Source: a virus
Reading direction: 5' to 3' (one strand)
Virus record (IMG/VR): IMGVR_UViG_3300043419_002186
Coordinates: 21,792-85,791 of that record
Length of the DNA: 64,000 bases
A model generated the notes under the pieces. It was not told where the DNA came from. It saw nothing but the letters and a program-made list of their open reading frames with translations, and did no database searches. A program made the position numbers and the translations under genes. Below, piece by piece: positions 36,651 through 45,937 of the stretch (the first letter of the stretch is position 1; the number at the start of each line of letters is the position of its first letter).

Positions 36651-36956
36651 CTAGAGGGGCTCGTCTCCGCCGTTGGCCTTGAGGGCCTTCGCAGCTTCCT
36701 GCTGACGCTTGCAGATGGGCATGCAGAACTCGACCTGCGCGTTGAAGACGGTCTCGTTCGCCTTCACGGGAGCGATGCCCATCTCACGCAGCGTCTCTCG
36801 CGCGTGCTGCTTGCAAGAGGACGTGCAGTCGTCTTCACGCATCTTCAAGCCGACGATGACAACGGCAATGCCGATGAGCGAAATGAGCAGAAGCCAGTAA
36901 CGCATCTCGCTGAGTTCTTTCTCTGCCGCCTTCAGTTCGGAGCCTTCCATCCGCAT
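36651..36956 (-). CDS. Small membrane protein with Cys pairs
   Basis: TM YWLLLISLIGIAVVIVG; CTSSC, CMPIC. Confidence 0.55.
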   Translation of the reverse strand: MRMEGSELKAAEKELSEMRYWLLLISLIGIAVVIVGLKMREDDCTSSCKQHARETLREMGIAPVKANETVFNAQVEFCMPICKRQQEAAKALKANGGDEPL

Positions 36957-37304
36957 CCCCTGTTGAAAAAGAAGCGACGGCTCGCCCCTACCTACGCTGC
37001 CGTCCAATGCGCCCTTCGGTTTTCGGCCACCAGCGCATTCCCACCAATCGGCCTTGTGCAGATGCCGACCAGCAATGCCCTCCCGCTGCATCGGGGGTAC
37101 GTGAGGTTTCCCTCTTCGACCTGTTCGTGCGTCACAGGTCCCGCTTTTCGTCATCAAGCGGCTGTCAGCTTGCCCCCCCTCTCCTGCTGCTGACCTGCCG
37201 AGTCTTCACCCAGCACCCGTCGTTGCCCTGCGTTACGACGACCGTGGTGGAGGCCTTGTGCGGGGACCTCTCACCCTTGCCCGTGCCGCATCACGGTGAA
37301 GGCA

Positions 37305-37823
37305 CTACGAGAGGAGCGACCGCACGCCGCCGCCCGCGGGCTTCTGCACGCTGACCTGCGGGACCGAGCTGCCGCCGATGGCGGTGTTCGAGACCGCGTT
37401 GCCCTGCAGCGAGGCGAAGGCCTCGGGCGTGATGAAGTACTTCTCGGGCTGCGAGGTCTCGTTGTCGGCGTCCTTCGCCTTGAAGTACACGTAGGCCTTC
37501 TTGCCCTTGAACGTGCTCTCCGCGAAGGAGACCTTGCCCTGCGGGTTGAGGCCGCAGGAGAGGAGCGCGGTCTTCCACGACCGCTGGTTGCCCGCCTTCG
37601 AGAGGTCCGTGCCGATGAAGATGCGGACCTCGGCGCCCTTGAACTCGCCGTCGTTGATGAAGGTCTTGAAGCAGACGCTGTTGATGGCGCCGTCCTTCTC
37701 GTAGCCCGCGGCCTCCGAGATGGTGACCTCGTACGCGCCCGTGGCCGGGGTGACCGAGGCCGCGCCGTTGCGGGCCGCGACGCCGTCGAAGTTCGCCTCG
37801 AACTGCCAAGTGGTGCTGGACAT
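37305..37823 (-). CDS. Putative ssDNA-binding protein (DUF669-like)
   Basis: PATGAYEVTISEA OB-like pattern; adjacent to the Sak4-like ATPase. Confidence 0.65.
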   Translation of the reverse strand: MSSTTWQFEANFDGVAARNGAASVTPATGAYEVTISEAAGYEKDGAINSVCFKTFINDGEFKGAEVRIFIGTDLSKAGNQRSWKTALLSCGLNPQGKVSFAESTFKGKKAYVYFKAKDADNETSQPEKYFITPEAFASLQGNAVSNTAIGGSSVPQVSVQKPAGGGVRSLLS

Positions 37824-37980
37824 AGTGCTCTCCGTGGTGCGGGGGGAATCGCGTCCCGAGCGGGCCCCACAACCTCTTGCCCATGTTCTGCCACGTCTCA
37901 CCATGAGAGCGGCCCCGCCATGTGCGAACGGGGGTCTTCAGCGCGTGGGACCGTGAGTGCGCCGAATGGATTCGTGTGAG

Positions 37981-38895
37981 CTACGCCGTGTAGAGCTGGA
38001 ACATCTGCTGCTGCCGCATGCGGCGCAGGTAGGCGCGGTCGAGGGCATCGCGCATGACCCAGCGGACGTGCAGGTCGTTGTCGGTCTTCTCGCGAGCAAT
38101 CTCGATGACCTCGTTCATCAAGGCCTTCTCGTTCGTCGGGTCCGCGATGAGCGCCTGAGTGAAGGCCTCAACCAGCTTCTCCTGCCACTCAAGACCAGCG
38201 GCGCGGCGAATCTCGTAGCCAGCGGCGCGGAGAATCTCGGCCGTGTTCATCGGCGCACGGTCGGGCGTGACACCGTGGCGGTCCTTCGAGACCCAGCTCG
38301 GGTCGTCGATGGTGCAGCGGTAGATGGCGTGCCAGCCGCGGCGGCTGCTGTCGAAGGTGGCGCGGAGGACGAGGTCACACGCAGTCGGGAGGTCCTCGGG
38401 GAGACGGCCGGGGAGCTTGGGGCCACCGCGGACGAAGACACCGTTGACGGTGCGAGGCGTGCTTTCGTGAGCGGTGAGGACGACGTGCATCCCGACGCGG
38501 CGAGCGGTGTCGCGGAACTCCAGCACGACGTCTCGGAGCGCGCCCCACAGCTTGAAGCCGCTGTGCTTCTTCTCAAGCTGCGCGATGGTGCTCTCAGCGA
38601 GAAGTGAGAAGTCGTCCACGATGACGGCGTCGTACTTCGAGCCGAATCGATTCGCCACGTCCACGACCTTCTTGGTCGCGTCCATGATGGTGCGGGTCTC
38701 GCCATCGTCGCTGTCGGGTGTGAAGCCGACGACGTTCAGCGAGGGCTTGAGCGCGCCGGGGGGCGCGATGAAGTAGCCGTGGGGGAAGGAGTAGAGCAGG
38801 TCGGTGGTCTTGCCGATGCCGCTCGGGCCGTAGTTCGCGACGACGGCCTTCGTGCCGCCGTACAACGTGTTGCTCTTTTCGTTCACTGCTGCCAT
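37981..38895 (-). CDS. AAA_24/Sak4-like recombination ATPase
   Basis: YGPSGIGKT, VIVDD, VVLTAHE, KDR. Confidence 0.85.
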   Translation of the reverse strand: MAAVNEKSNTLYGGTKAVVANYGPSGIGKTTDLLYSFPHGYFIAPPGALKPSLNVVGFTPDSDDGETRTIMDATKKVVDVANRFGSKYDAVIVDDFSLLAESTIAQLEKKHSGFKLWGALRDVVLEFRDTARRVGMHVVLTAHESTPRTVNGVFVRGGPKLPGRLPEDLPTACDLVLRATFDSSRRGWHAIYRCTIDDPSWVSKDRHGVTPDRAPMNTAEILRAAGYEIRRAAGLEWQEKLVEAFTQALIADPTNEKALMNEVIEIAREKTDNDLHVRWVMRDALDRAYLRRMRQQQMFQLYTA

Positions 38896-39086
38896 CGGGT
38901 GGTCACTCCGTGGTGGTGTGGGGACTATCTAGAACTTCTTCTGTCACTTGTCAAGGGCCCCGTCCGACTGCACCGCGAGCGCCTTGTTTTCAGTCACTTT
39001 AGTGGTTCCGCGGGCAGTGTCAAGTGTCAAAGTCACTTTTCCGCGGAACCACCACAGGTGGTAGGTCGAGTCCAACGACTCCACTG

Positions 39087-39353
39087 CTAGTCGTCGCTGC
39101 GGAGGCCGTCCAGCTCGTCCTCCAGCTCCTCAATCTCCTTGTGCGCGGAGGCGAGGTCGGCCTCCAGCTTCTCGACGCGGGCGCTCTGCTCCGCAAGCTC
39201 AACGAGCCGCGGCAGCTCCGCGAGCCACTGCGCGACGAGCGAAGCGTTGTAGGGCCAGAAGACGGTGGCGATGGTGCGTCCGTAGCCGTCCGTGATGCGG
39301 TTGCCCTTGGCGGTCCAAGGCCCCGGCGGAAGGTGCGTTTTTGGTGGCAGCAT
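39087..39353 (-). CDS. Small coiled-coil hypothetical protein
   Basis: PGPW motif, AAGGAG RBS. Confidence 0.6.
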   Translation of the reverse strand: MLPPKTHLPPGPWTAKGNRITDGYGRTIATVFWPYNASLVAQWLAELPRLVELAEQSARVEKLEADLASAHKEIEELEDELDGLRSDD

Positions 39354-39382
39354 GTCGTGCTCCTTGCAGCTTTCGCTGCGTC

Positions 39383-40201
39383 CTAGAAACCGCCCCAGCG
39401 GCAGGTTTCAAAGTGTTCACAGGGCCCGTAGGCTGTGATGCAGGTCTGCTCCGAGAGAGCCATCGGCCACTCCTTCGGAGGGATGTCGCTCGCGTCCAGC
39501 GCTTCGATTCGCTGGCGCGCGTGCAACACCGTAAGAGGGAACGTGCGCTGTGCAGAGGGCGCGGGGTCGGGCTCGCTTCGCTGGAACTTGAAGCCGTTCG
39601 TGCCAAGCTCGATGAAGTTCATGCGGACGCCGCCGAACTCGTCTCCCCACACCTGACGGCCGAACATCGCCATGCCAAGGAACTGCCCCGACAGCGTGTA
39701 GCGCTCGGGCGTGTTCCCCGTGAGTCGTCCCGTGGTCTTGTGGTCCCAGATGTAGACCTTGCCATCGGGCCCCCGGACGACGAGGTCGAGACGCTGCGTG
39801 AAGGCGAAGCCTCCAATCGTGCTTCGGAAGACCTCCTCCACGTGGAGCACCTCGGCCTTTTCGTTCATCCAGTGCAGCTTGTACTCGCGCACCGCGGCCT
39901 TCGCGAGCGGCACGTACTGCGCCGCGTACTGGCCGCGCAGCTTCGCCTCGTTCTCAATGCCCTCGTCGGGCGTGGCCCACTCGTTCTCGTCGCGTCCCTG
40001 CTGTCTGCTCTGCATCCTCGCGTAGTGCTGCGCGAGGCCAGCGTGGACGAGAGAGCCCTTGAGAAGCGCGGGACGGTCGGTCTCCTCCTTCTCGATGATG
40101 CCACGGTACTGGTACGCGAAGAGGCGAGGGCAGCGCATCGCGACCTCGGTCGCGTGCCATCCCCATTCTCCCGATGAACCTGCGTCGATGAACTTTCCCA
40201 T
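39383..40201 (-). CDS. PD-(D/E)XK Cas4/RecB-like exonuclease
   Basis: CPR, GSLVH, DLV...WDHKT, C-terminal C...CEHFETC Fe-S ligands. Confidence 0.85.
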   Translation of the reverse strand: MGKFIDAGSSGEWGWHATEVAMRCPRLFAYQYRGIIEKEETDRPALLKGSLVHAGLAQHYARMQSRQQGRDENEWATPDEGIENEAKLRGQYAAQYVPLAKAAVREYKLHWMNEKAEVLHVEEVFRSTIGGFAFTQRLDLVVRGPDGKVYIWDHKTTGRLTGNTPERYTLSGQFLGMAMFGRQVWGDEFGGVRMNFIELGTNGFKFQRSEPDPAPSAQRTFPLTVLHARQRIEALDASDIPPKEWPMALSEQTCITAYGPCEHFETCRWGGF

Positions 40202-40274
40202 CACAAGTCTCCATTGAACGCCATGGCGGCGAGAGCTGCTCCCACAACACAGCCGAAGAGGAACATGGCGACCA

Positions 40275-40586
40275 TCATCGAGGCCCCGCGTTCGCGGGCG
40301 TGCCGTGGCAGAGCCAGCAGTCGAGGTTCCTGCACTTGGGCTCTCGCGGGTCACGCGAATCGATTCGAGCTGCCTGTAGCTTCCTGATGGTCTCCTGCAG
40401 CGCATCTAGCTGGTCTTGATGCTTCGCGATGACACGCATCATGGCGAGGTTCTGCCGCAGCAGCGACTCCTCGCGCAAGGCGAGCCTGTCGTGCTCCGCG
40501 AGAAGCGCGGTGGCGTAGTGGGGCAGCAGGAACACGCCGTCGTTCACGGCAGTGCGGATGTCTTCGAGTTCTTCCTTCGTCATCAC
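40275..40586 (-). CDS. Ead/Ea22-like small protein
   Basis: MTKEELEDIR...ALLAEHDRL. Confidence 0.6.
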   Translation of the reverse strand: MMTKEELEDIRTAVNDGVFLLPHYATALLAEHDRLALREESLLRQNLAMMRVIAKHQDQLDALQETIRKLQAARIDSRDPREPKCRNLDCWLCHGTPANAGPR

Positions 40587-41173
40587 TTGTCCTCGGGGGT
40601 TGGTAGGTGGCGAACACGCTGGGCGCTCGCTCCATGTACGGGAGACATGATGTAGTCCCCCGCCAAACGCTGTTGGTTCGCTCGCTCTTCAAAGTGTCTC
40701 GCAACGACCTCGCGCATCGCCTCGGCGCCGCGACGGAAGGCGGTGTCGCGCTCGGTGTTGATGACTGCCCAGACAGGCACCTTGTGAGACGTTCGCCAAT
40801 GACCGTGTGGCTCGCTTTCAATCGCACACGGCCAATCAGTCCCGGTGCACCATCTTTGAACGTGCATGCCACCCTCGGTCGGCATTACGCGCTCGTCCTC
40901 TCGCAGCATCACGGCAGTCGTCTTTTCCTTGACCAGCGCGTCTCGCTCAATGTGCAGCCGCTCGACCTCCGCAAGCAGCTCGCACCGACACGGCTCGCCG
41001 GGGAACTTCATCGCCCAACCACACTTCTCACACAGTTCGCCGGAGACCTGCACGGCCATCGCGAGGTCGTTCTTCAGCCGCTCGACCTCCGCGAGTAGCG
41101 GGATGACGTCGTGTATCGACACGTCATCGAACGACACATGCTCGCGGATGGCGTCGAGCTGTTCCTTCGTCAT
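40583..41173 (-). CDS. Ead/Ea22-like mosaic protein
   Basis: MTKEQLDAIR; two LLAEVERL motifs. Confidence 0.6.
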   Translation of the reverse strand: MTKEQLDAIREHVSFDDVSIHDVIPLLAEVERLKNDLAMAVQVSGELCEKCGWAMKFPGEPCRCELLAEVERLHIERDALVKEKTTAVMLREDERVMPTEGGMHVQRWCTGTDWPCAIESEPHGHWRTSHKVPVWAVINTERDTAFRRGAEAMREVVARHFEERANQQRLAGDYIMSPVHGASAQRVRHLPTPEDK

Positions 41174-41556
41174 TCCCTCACCAGCTTTCCGGACGCCTTG
41201 GCTGCGTCGTACAGTTTTGCAAACGCCTCGTCGCGACCGGCCTCCGTCGAGCCGTCCACGCCGACGAGGTCCGAGAACCGCTGCGACCAAGCGATCAGGT
41301 CGTCGCGTTCGACACGAAGCCGCTCGACCTCGCCCAGCAGGGCGCGGAGGTCGGTCGGGGCGTTGGCGATGAGGTCCGCGTCGTTCGCGTCGAGCGAGTG
41401 CGTCACTTTCGTTGCCGTAAACTGCGGACAAACCGCGCCCTTCGGCCCATCGACCCAGCCCATATCGGGGCAGCAGGTCGCAGTACCGGCATCCCACGGC
41501 CCCGGAGTCGCCGCGTCGAGCCGTGCGCGGATCGCGGAAAGTTGGTCGGGGGTCAT
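41170..41556 (-). CDS. Ead/Ea22-like protein
   Basis: IRARLDAATPGPW...DADLIANAPTDLRALLGEVERL. Confidence 0.75.
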   Translation of the reverse strand: MTPDQLSAIRARLDAATPGPWDAGTATCCPDMGWVDGPKGAVCPQFTATKVTHSLDANDADLIANAPTDLRALLGEVERLRVERDDLIAWSQRFSDLVGVDGSTEAGRDEAFAKLYDAAKASGKLVRE

Positions 41557-41882
41557 TGGACACCCCGCGTGAGGCCGCATCCGACGCACTTGACCTCGGT
41601 CTGCGGGGGCATGGACGTGAGGATGTTCCCCGTCGGGAGCACCTGCCGGAGACCGCCGCACCGGGGACAGCCGAGGAAGGTCGCCGGGAAGGTCGTCGTC
41701 GTGCCGGTGCTGACCGGGGACGCCGGGTCCACGCGGGCCTTCTCAAGCTCGGCGACCCGGTCCTTCAAGTCGTTGATGTGCTTGATGACTTCGGCGTTCT
41801 GGGCGTCGATGTGCTGAGCGACCGCGATGAGTCGTCGCTCAAGGTCTTCAATCTTCGGTGCGAGCACGATGTAGTCGAGCAT
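41553..41882 (-). CDS. Coiled-coil + Zn-ribbon small protein
   Basis: CPRC...CVGC. Confidence 0.55.
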   Translation of the reverse strand: MLDYIVLAPKIEDLERRLIAVAQHIDAQNAEVIKHINDLKDRVAELEKARVDPASPVSTGTTTTFPATFLGCPRCGGLRQVLPTGNILTSMPPQTEVKCVGCGLTRGVQ

Positions 41883-42015
41883 CACTTCGTCTCTTTCGAC
41901 GCGCACGACGGCGCGGTGTTGTAGTTCGCCTGCATGAAGGCGGTGCCAGCCATGAAGCCGATGAAGATTCCGAGAACCAGTGCGCCAACCACGTCTCGAA
42001 CGGGGCCGGGGTCGC

Positions 42016-42390
42016 TCATCGCATCCCCCTCGCCGCCGCGATGGCGGCGGACTTGGCCTTGTCCAGCGTGGGCTGGTGGCCCTCTTCATCCAGCGTGCTG
42101 AAGACGCGCCAGTAGAATCGCGTGCCTCCCTTGTCCCATGCCTCAACATGGACAGCTCGGTCGCCAATCATCGTGTCCCACCAGTGCTTGCCTTCGTAGT
42201 TCTCGCCCTCATCCCACTCCACAACGTCCTTTGCGGAGTCCTGCCGCTCCGCGAGCGCGGCGTCGATGCGCTTCTTGAGCGCGCAGAAGGTGCAGGCGCA
42301 GTACATGGTCTGACGGTACGCAAAGGGGCAGATCACGCACTCCCGCGCCTCGCGCAGCAGGTCGAGCAGTTCAGCGTTCGACTTCGGCAT
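42016..42390 (-). CDS. Hypothetical protein
   Basis: 124 aa, GGAGG RBS. Confidence 0.55.
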   Translation of the reverse strand: MPKSNAELLDLLREARECVICPFAYRQTMYCACTFCALKKRIDAALAERQDSAKDVVEWDEGENYEGKHWWDTMIGDRAVHVEAWDKGGTRFYWRVFSTLDEEGHQPTLDKAKSAAIAAARGMR

Positions 42391-42571
42391 CGAAGACCTC
42401 CTTCACCAGCCGCGAGGGCAGGACGAACATGTTCTCGACCGCCTTGAGAATCTCGGCCTTCTCTTCGTTGGTTCCACGCATCTGCGTGAGGATGATGAAC
42501 TTGAACGCGAACTTCGCGTCCTCGACTCCGATTCGGTGTGCCTTCGTGGCGAGCATCAGCTTGTCATTCAT
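42371..42571 (-). CDS. Small hypothetical protein
   Basis: Coupled ORF. Confidence 0.5.
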   Translation of the reverse strand: MNDKLMLATKAHRIGVEDAKFAFKFIILTQMRGTNEEKAEILKAVENMFVLPSRLVKEVFDAEVER

Positions 42572-42993
42572 CGGTACACCAGCGCGTGCCGCAGGGCGAC
42601 GGAGAGAACTTCCAGCGTGGCGTCGTCGGGCTGGGGCTGGCCTTCGTACTCGTCGCGCCGCTGAATCGATTCGTGCTCCGGCTCCTCGTCAATCCCTTCG
42701 CGGAACCAAGGCTTTCGCCACTCTCCCGACATGACGGGCACGCCGTGGAAGCGGACCTCGACCTCGTCGGTCTCGGGGTTCAGCATCGCGAAGTGCTCCT
42801 CCGCGTTGAGCCACAGCCTGACCGTCACCGGCTCCCGCCGACGGCGCTCGTACTTCGCCTGTTGCGCGAGCTTCTTGAGAAGCTCCGTCGCATCGGTCGT
42901 GGGCAGCAGCCCGTTGCTGCGGTCTGACAGGTGCTTGTCGAGCGCGAACGTCACCAGTTCAAGCTCTTCCAGTTTCATCGAAATCAGCATCAC
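42568..42993 (-). CDS. Hypothetical protein
   Basis: Coupled ORF. Confidence 0.55.
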   Translation of the reverse strand: MMLISMKLEELELVTFALDKHLSDRSNGLLPTTDATELLKKLAQQAKYERRRREPVTVRLWLNAEEHFAMLNPETDEVEVRFHGVPVMSGEWRKPWFREGIDEEPEHESIQRRDEYEGQPQPDDATLEVLSVALRHALVYR

Positions 42994-43217
42994 TTGTCCC
43001 CTTCCCTGCGCAGTGAGGCTGGCAGGGCACTGTTCTCACCGCGTGGCGCAATCACCTTCGGACCCGACGCCTTCTTCGCCATCGCCTCCATGCACTTGTT
43101 GCAGTAGCCGCGCTCGCGTGCGTTTCCGACGAGGTTGATTCCGTCGCACGCAAGCTGCTGCTTGCAGATGGGCGTCTGAAGGTTCGTCGTGCTGTAGCTG
43201 GGCTTCGGCCGCGTCAT
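42990..43217 (-). CDS. Small 4-Cys protein, paralog of 43214..43420
   Basis: TPICKQQLACDGINL...GYCNKC. Confidence 0.65.
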   Translation of the reverse strand: MTRPKPSYSTTNLQTPICKQQLACDGINLVGNARERGYCNKCMEAMAKKASGPKVIAPRGENSALPASLRREGDK

Positions 43218-43420
43218 CGGACCACCTTCAGTCCCTTGAGCGGTGGCGCCGGCTTGTTCTTCTTCGCCAGCGCCTTCGCGCACTTGCCGCAGTGCCCGCT
43301 CTCGATGCGCTCGGCGATGAGGTTCGAGCCGTCGCACGCGAGCATGAGCTTGCAGACGGGCGTCACAAGGTGCGTCTTGCTCGGGTTGTAGCCCGGGGGA
43401 CGGTCAGGGCGCTTCGACAT
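43214..43420 (-). CDS. Small 4-Cys protein
   Basis: TPVCKLMLACDGSNL...GHCGKC. Confidence 0.65.
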   Translation of the reverse strand: MSKRPDRPPGYNPSKTHLVTPVCKLMLACDGSNLIAERIESGHCGKCAKALAKKNKPAPPLKGLKVVR

Positions 43421-43767
43421 CACTCCTCCTCCGTGCGCGCCACCGGCAGATTCTGACAAGCGAGAATGTCGTCACGAATCGATTCGAGCTTCTCCTGCGT
43501 CTCTTCGAGCTTCCCCTTGAGGTTCTTCAGCGCGAGGCTCACGGCCTCTTCGGGCGTGAGGCCGATGCAGCGGTCCTCTCGCGAGCCCTTCAGCATGACG
43601 GAGGAGTAGCCGTAGGCCTTGCGAATCTCCCAGTAGTCCGGGTGCTGGGCGATGCTCTTGCGCAGCAGTGCGCAGGTCTTGGGGCGGTCCTCTGCCTCGA
43701 ACTCCGCGACGTGCATGCCCTCCTCGGAGGAGTCCACGACGACGTACATCTTCACACGGTCGCCCAT
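43420..43767 (-). CDS. Hypothetical protein
   Basis: AGGAGG RBS, coupled. Confidence 0.6.
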   Translation of the reverse strand: MGDRVKMYVVVDSSEEGMHVAEFEAEDRPKTCALLRKSIAQHPDYWEIRKAYGYSSVMLKGSREDRCIGLTPEEAVSLALKNLKGKLEETQEKLESIRDDILACQNLPVARTEEE

Positions 43768-44177
43768 CACTGCACCTCCTTTCGCGGCGCCCAACTGCGC
43801 AGCGAGTCGATGTCGTCAGAGTCGAACGTCACGTCTCCATCGTCCTTTGCTTCAAGGACCAGCGCCCTCCACTCCTTGAACGTGTCCTGCACACGCTCCA
43901 AGTCGTTGATCTTCCCAAGGTTGTGCCAGCAGACCGTGCAGACGACTTTGCGATGGTCGGGCCAATCGGGATACCCGATGTGCCGCTCCCCGTGCTTCGC
44001 GCAGACGTAGACGGTCTTCGGGATGAGGCCGAAGAAGACACGGGTGGTCCGCTTGAGCAGCTCGTCTAGGTGGCATGACGCAAGGGTCAGCTTGATGATC
44101 TCCTTGCCGACAGCCGCGATGCATTCGTCCACGATTCCCAGTGCGACAGGCTTGCTGATGTTGGTCGTCGGCATCAC
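43767..44177 (-). CDS. Hypothetical Zn-binding protein
   Basis: CAKH...CTVC. Confidence 0.55.
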   Translation of the reverse strand: MMPTTNISKPVALGIVDECIAAVGKEIIKLTLASCHLDELLKRTTRVFFGLIPKTVYVCAKHGERHIGYPDWPDHRKVVCTVCWHNLGKINDLERVQDTFKEWRALVLEAKDDGDVTFDSDDIDSLRSWAPRKEVQ

Positions 44178-44425
44178 TGCACCTCCACGTCGGTCGCGAT
44201 GACCACGTCACAGCGGCAGAGGGCGAGGAAGTCCTCGTCCTTGAAACGCACCTCAACGGGACGCGCACCGCAGAGCTTGGTGCACTCCGCGAACGCCTCG
44301 GCTCGACGCTGCGTCCGATGCTGCTCCCACGCACGCTCTGCGCCATCGCAGCCCGACAGAGCGAACGCGAGCAGCGTCACGATGATGAAGATGGCGCCTC
44401 CAACAATCCCCTCGTTCTTGCGCAT
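44174..44425 (-). CDS. Small putative lipoprotein
   Basis: Hydrophobic signal with lipobox LSGC. Confidence 0.6.
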   Translation of the reverse strand: MRKNEGIVGGAIFIIVTLLAFALSGCDGAERAWEQHRTQRRAEAFAECTKLCGARPVEVRFKDEDFLALCRCDVVIATDVEVQ

Positions 44426-44616
44426 CACTCCTCCGTCTTCTTCTCGGCCGCCGCCGACATGAGCGCGTTGTAGGCCTTCTCGCTGATGACCACGTCGCGG
44501 AAGCCACGGCGCTTGAGGATGTAGCGCCGGTTCCTGTGGTCGTGGGTGACGGTCACGCTCTGCGTCTTCCCCGAGAGGACATTCTGAATGTGTTCCAAGT
44601 TCTCGATGGACATCAC
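44425..44616 (-). CDS. Small hypothetical protein
   Basis: GAGGAG RBS, coupled. Confidence 0.55.
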   Translation of the reverse strand: MMSIENLEHIQNVLSGKTQSVTVTHDHRNRRYILKRRGFRDVVISEKAYNALMSAAAEKKTEE

Positions 44617-44861
44617 TTCTCCTCGATGCTGGCGCGGACGGCGCCATGCTGCTTGATGGTGGCGAGTTCAGCCCATGCGACATTGCGCTGCTGGACAGCC
44701 ACGTTGTGAAACGCACGCGCGACTTCGTGAAGCTGCCTCTCCATCTCCAGCTCCTTCTGCAGACGCTCGATTTCAGCGACGAGGACCAGCGTCATGTCGG
44801 AAGAGGTGCTGTGCCAGCGGCTGGCGCCTTGCTTGATGGATTCGAGCTGTTCCTTGGTCAT
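44613..44861 (-). CDS. Ead/Ea22-like small protein
   Basis: MTKEQLESIK...LVAEIERL. Confidence 0.6.
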   Translation of the reverse strand: MTKEQLESIKQGASRWHSTSSDMTLVLVAEIERLQKELEMERQLHEVARAFHNVAVQQRNVAWAELATIKQHGAVRASIEEK

Positions 44862-45154
44862 CGGTGCCCCGGAATCTTCGTGAGTCCGTCGTTACGGGTG
44901 AGGGTGGTCATGCTGACAACGTCGTCGGATGCGGTCTCGACCATGAACTTCGAGGAGGAGTATTCGAGCGAGTCGATGGCGCCAAGACGGTACGTGAAGT
45001 CGCCGTGCCCGCACTCCAGCAGGACGACGCCCGTGGGATGCTTCAGCATGTCCTCTGCCAGCGCTTCGTAGAGCTTGCGGGACATCTTGAAGTCGTGGTG
45101 CCGATTGGCGACGCAGATGGTGACGCAGCCGATGGCGTCCAGTGGAGTGCTCAT
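44858..45154 (-). CDS. Hypothetical protein
   Basis: AAGGAG RBS, coupled. Confidence 0.55.
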   Translation of the reverse strand: MSTPLDAIGCVTICVANRHHDFKMSRKLYEALAEDMLKHPTGVVLLECGHGDFTYRLGAIDSLEYSSSKFMVETASDDVVSMTTLTRNDGLTKIPGHR

Positions 45155-45495
45155 AGCGAAAGCTCCTTGTGCAGGTCATTCACGACGACCTGTGGTTGAA
45201 GGGGGAACGTCTGCGTCACGCCGGTCTTGTCGTTCCAGACCTCGATGCCGAGGGTGATGTGGCTGACTGCGTCCTCGCTTTCGGGTCGCGTGTGCAGCAC
45301 CGCGATGAAGTCCGCGACAGGAACGGCCTCGACGTTGTGCAGTTGGTAGAGGCCTGTGCCCGTGACGTAGCCCATGTAGAGGCGCCTTTGACGCTGACGG
45401 CCCGTGCGCATGAAGACTTCCACGAACAGCTTCTTCGAGAAGAGGGCCCTGCTCTTGAGGTCCGAATCGATTCGCAGTTGCAGCGGCTTGAGCAC
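45151..45495 (-). CDS. Hypothetical protein
   Basis: GTG start after AAGGA. Confidence 0.5.
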   Translation of the reverse strand: MLKPLQLRIDSDLKSRALFSKKLFVEVFMRTGRQRQRRLYMGYVTGTGLYQLHNVEAVPVADFIAVLHTRPESEDAVSHITLGIEVWNDKTGVTQTFPLQPQVVVNDLHKELSL

Positions 45496-45497
45496 AG

Positions 45498-45677
45498 CTA
45501 TTCCTTCTCGCAGTGTTCGTGGTGGTCGAGAAACGCGGTCAACATCTCCGTGAAGTCGTCCGCGTTCATGGGCATGAGGAGCGTCGCGGAAGCACTGCAG
45601 TGAGTGCAGACGGCCTCCAGCGCACCGTCGTTGATGCCGTCCCGCGGTGCTCGCACTCGAACGTGTCCTGTGGTCAT
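45498..45677 (-). CDS. Small Zn-finger protein
   Basis: CTHC...HEHC. Confidence 0.55.
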   Translation of the reverse strand: MTTGHVRVRAPRDGINDGALEAVCTHCSASATLLMPMNADDFTEMLTAFLDHHEHCEKE

Positions 45678-45937
45678 CACTCGTCCCCCTTGATGCTGGC
45701 AATCGCGCGCTCCGCAGCGGCTTTCGCCTTCTCGATGCTCACTTCGACGCCCCCTCGGCACTCTTCCAGCTCAGGGAAGAGGTCCAAGCCTCCCGAGAAC
45801 GGGAGAGGCACCAGCTTGTCCGTGCATACGACGCACCATTCCGCATGGCCATTGGGGCTGAGGGGAAGGATGGTGGCGTGAATGTCTCCGTCGTCCCACC
45901 ACTGCACCCCTCCCGGCTGGATAGTCCACAGCATCAC
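45677..45937 (-). CDS. Small hypothetical protein
   Basis: Coupled to the helicase stop. Confidence 0.5.
   Translation of the reverse strand: MMLWTIQPGGVQWWDDGDIHATILPLSPNGHAEWCVVCTDKLVPLPFSGGLDLFPELEECRGGVEVSIEKAKAAAERAIASIKGDE

Noticed and set aside
39383-40201. Cas4-like nuclease as evidence of CRISPR-Cas
   Set aside because: No array or other cas genes. Its context with a Sak4-like ATPase and SSB fits phage recombination.
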